Part shown: positions 63,917-64,000 of the stretch, piece after piece
Layout of the letters: each line of letters begins with the position of its first letter
Numbering within the stretch: position 1 is the first letter of the stretch
NCBI GenBank assembly: GCA_964558915.1
Contig: CAZLFV010000004.1
Span: 643-64,642, forward strand
Length of the DNA: 64,000 nt
DNA from: an uncultured Eubacteriales bacterium
GTDB lineage: Bacteria > Acidobacteriota > Aminicenantia > Aminicenantales > UBA8522
Reading direction: 5' to 3'
The notes under the pieces: model-generated
Database searches by the model: none
The model's input: the letters and a program-made list of their open reading frames with translations, nothing else
Told to the model about the DNA's origin: nothing
Position numbers and translations under genes: made by a program

Positions 63917-64000
63917 ATGGAAAAAGCGATCCTTGTCCACCTGACCACGAGCCAAAAGGAGAAATTCGAGGCCGAAGAATCCATGGAAGAGCTCGCCCAT
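63917..64000 (+). CDS. hflX: GTPase HflX, N-terminal 28 codons only (runs off window end)
   Basis: Own translation from the ATG at 63917: MEKAILVHLTTSQKEKFEAEESMEELAH. The ERAILV..EESLEEL pattern and the conserved miaA-hflX order support the call. Confidence 0.6.
   Translation, partial: MEKAILVHLTTSQKEKFEAEESMEELAH

Noticed and set aside
1-64000. Search for CRISPR arrays, tRNA/rRNA/tmRNA genes, transposases, integrases, toxin-antitoxin pairs, reverse transcriptases and known defence genes
   Set aside because: I saw no regularly spaced direct repeats, no cloverleaf-compatible intergenic segment (all gaps are 412 bp or shorter and are accounted for by promoters or leaders), and no translation with DDE/tyrosine-recombinase/RT or nuclease-defence motifs. 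Eye inspection cannot exclude short or degenerate elements.

Overview
This is a 64-kb, gene-dense chromosomal window with about 60 protein genes and over 90% coding sequence. It reads like an uncultured diderm (outer-membrane-bearing) bacterium, with bulk GC of roughly 50% and K/E/I-rich proteins. I found no rRNA, tRNA, CRISPR array, transposase, integrase or phage genes. Housekeeping blocks are ffh-rpsP-KH-rimM-trmD-rplS-rnhB-TPR (minus strand, 49.2-55.6 kb), accBC, ispH-rpsA-IHF-HIT-acyl-CoA dehydrogenase, trpS-scpAB, glnA with a divergent Lrp/AsnC regulator, and miaA-hflX. There is a peptide and amino-acid scavenging theme: an M1 aminopeptidase, gamma-glutamyltransferase, an AstE/AspA-type deacylase, isoaspartyl dipeptidase with an NhaC-type carrier, and SAM decarboxylase. 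Eight items merit follow-up. (1) A seven-gene, translationally coupled type IV pilus/T2SS-like assembly operon (343-7881, minus) ends in a secretin with an N-terminal TPR (pilotin-like) module and a C-terminal cohesin-like domain. No pilin or prepilin peptidase is in the window, and a PDZ-GAF-PAS histidine kinase and a sigma-54 activator lie next to it. (2) A two-gene module (44582-47134) pairs a pentahaem c-type cytochrome with an outer-membrane beta-barrel that carries its own CXXCH motif at the mature N-terminus. (3) Directly downstream is an ECF sigma / anti-sigma / 'mini-secretin' (Secretin_N-only) operon. (4) A DctM-type permease lacks DctP/DctQ but is flanked by a small secreted protein and an unlisted 48-aa two-TM ORF. 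(5) A ~2.2-kb single-gene segment is GC-rich (about 65%). (6) A 126-nt near-perfect palindromic element follows glnA. (7) A homopolymer frameshift splits a DUF255/thioredoxin-fold gene. (8) A MacA-like adaptor and ABC ATPase are followed by a Yip1-type membrane protein instead of an FtsX permease. All functional calls come from motif-level reading of the translations; no database search was possible.
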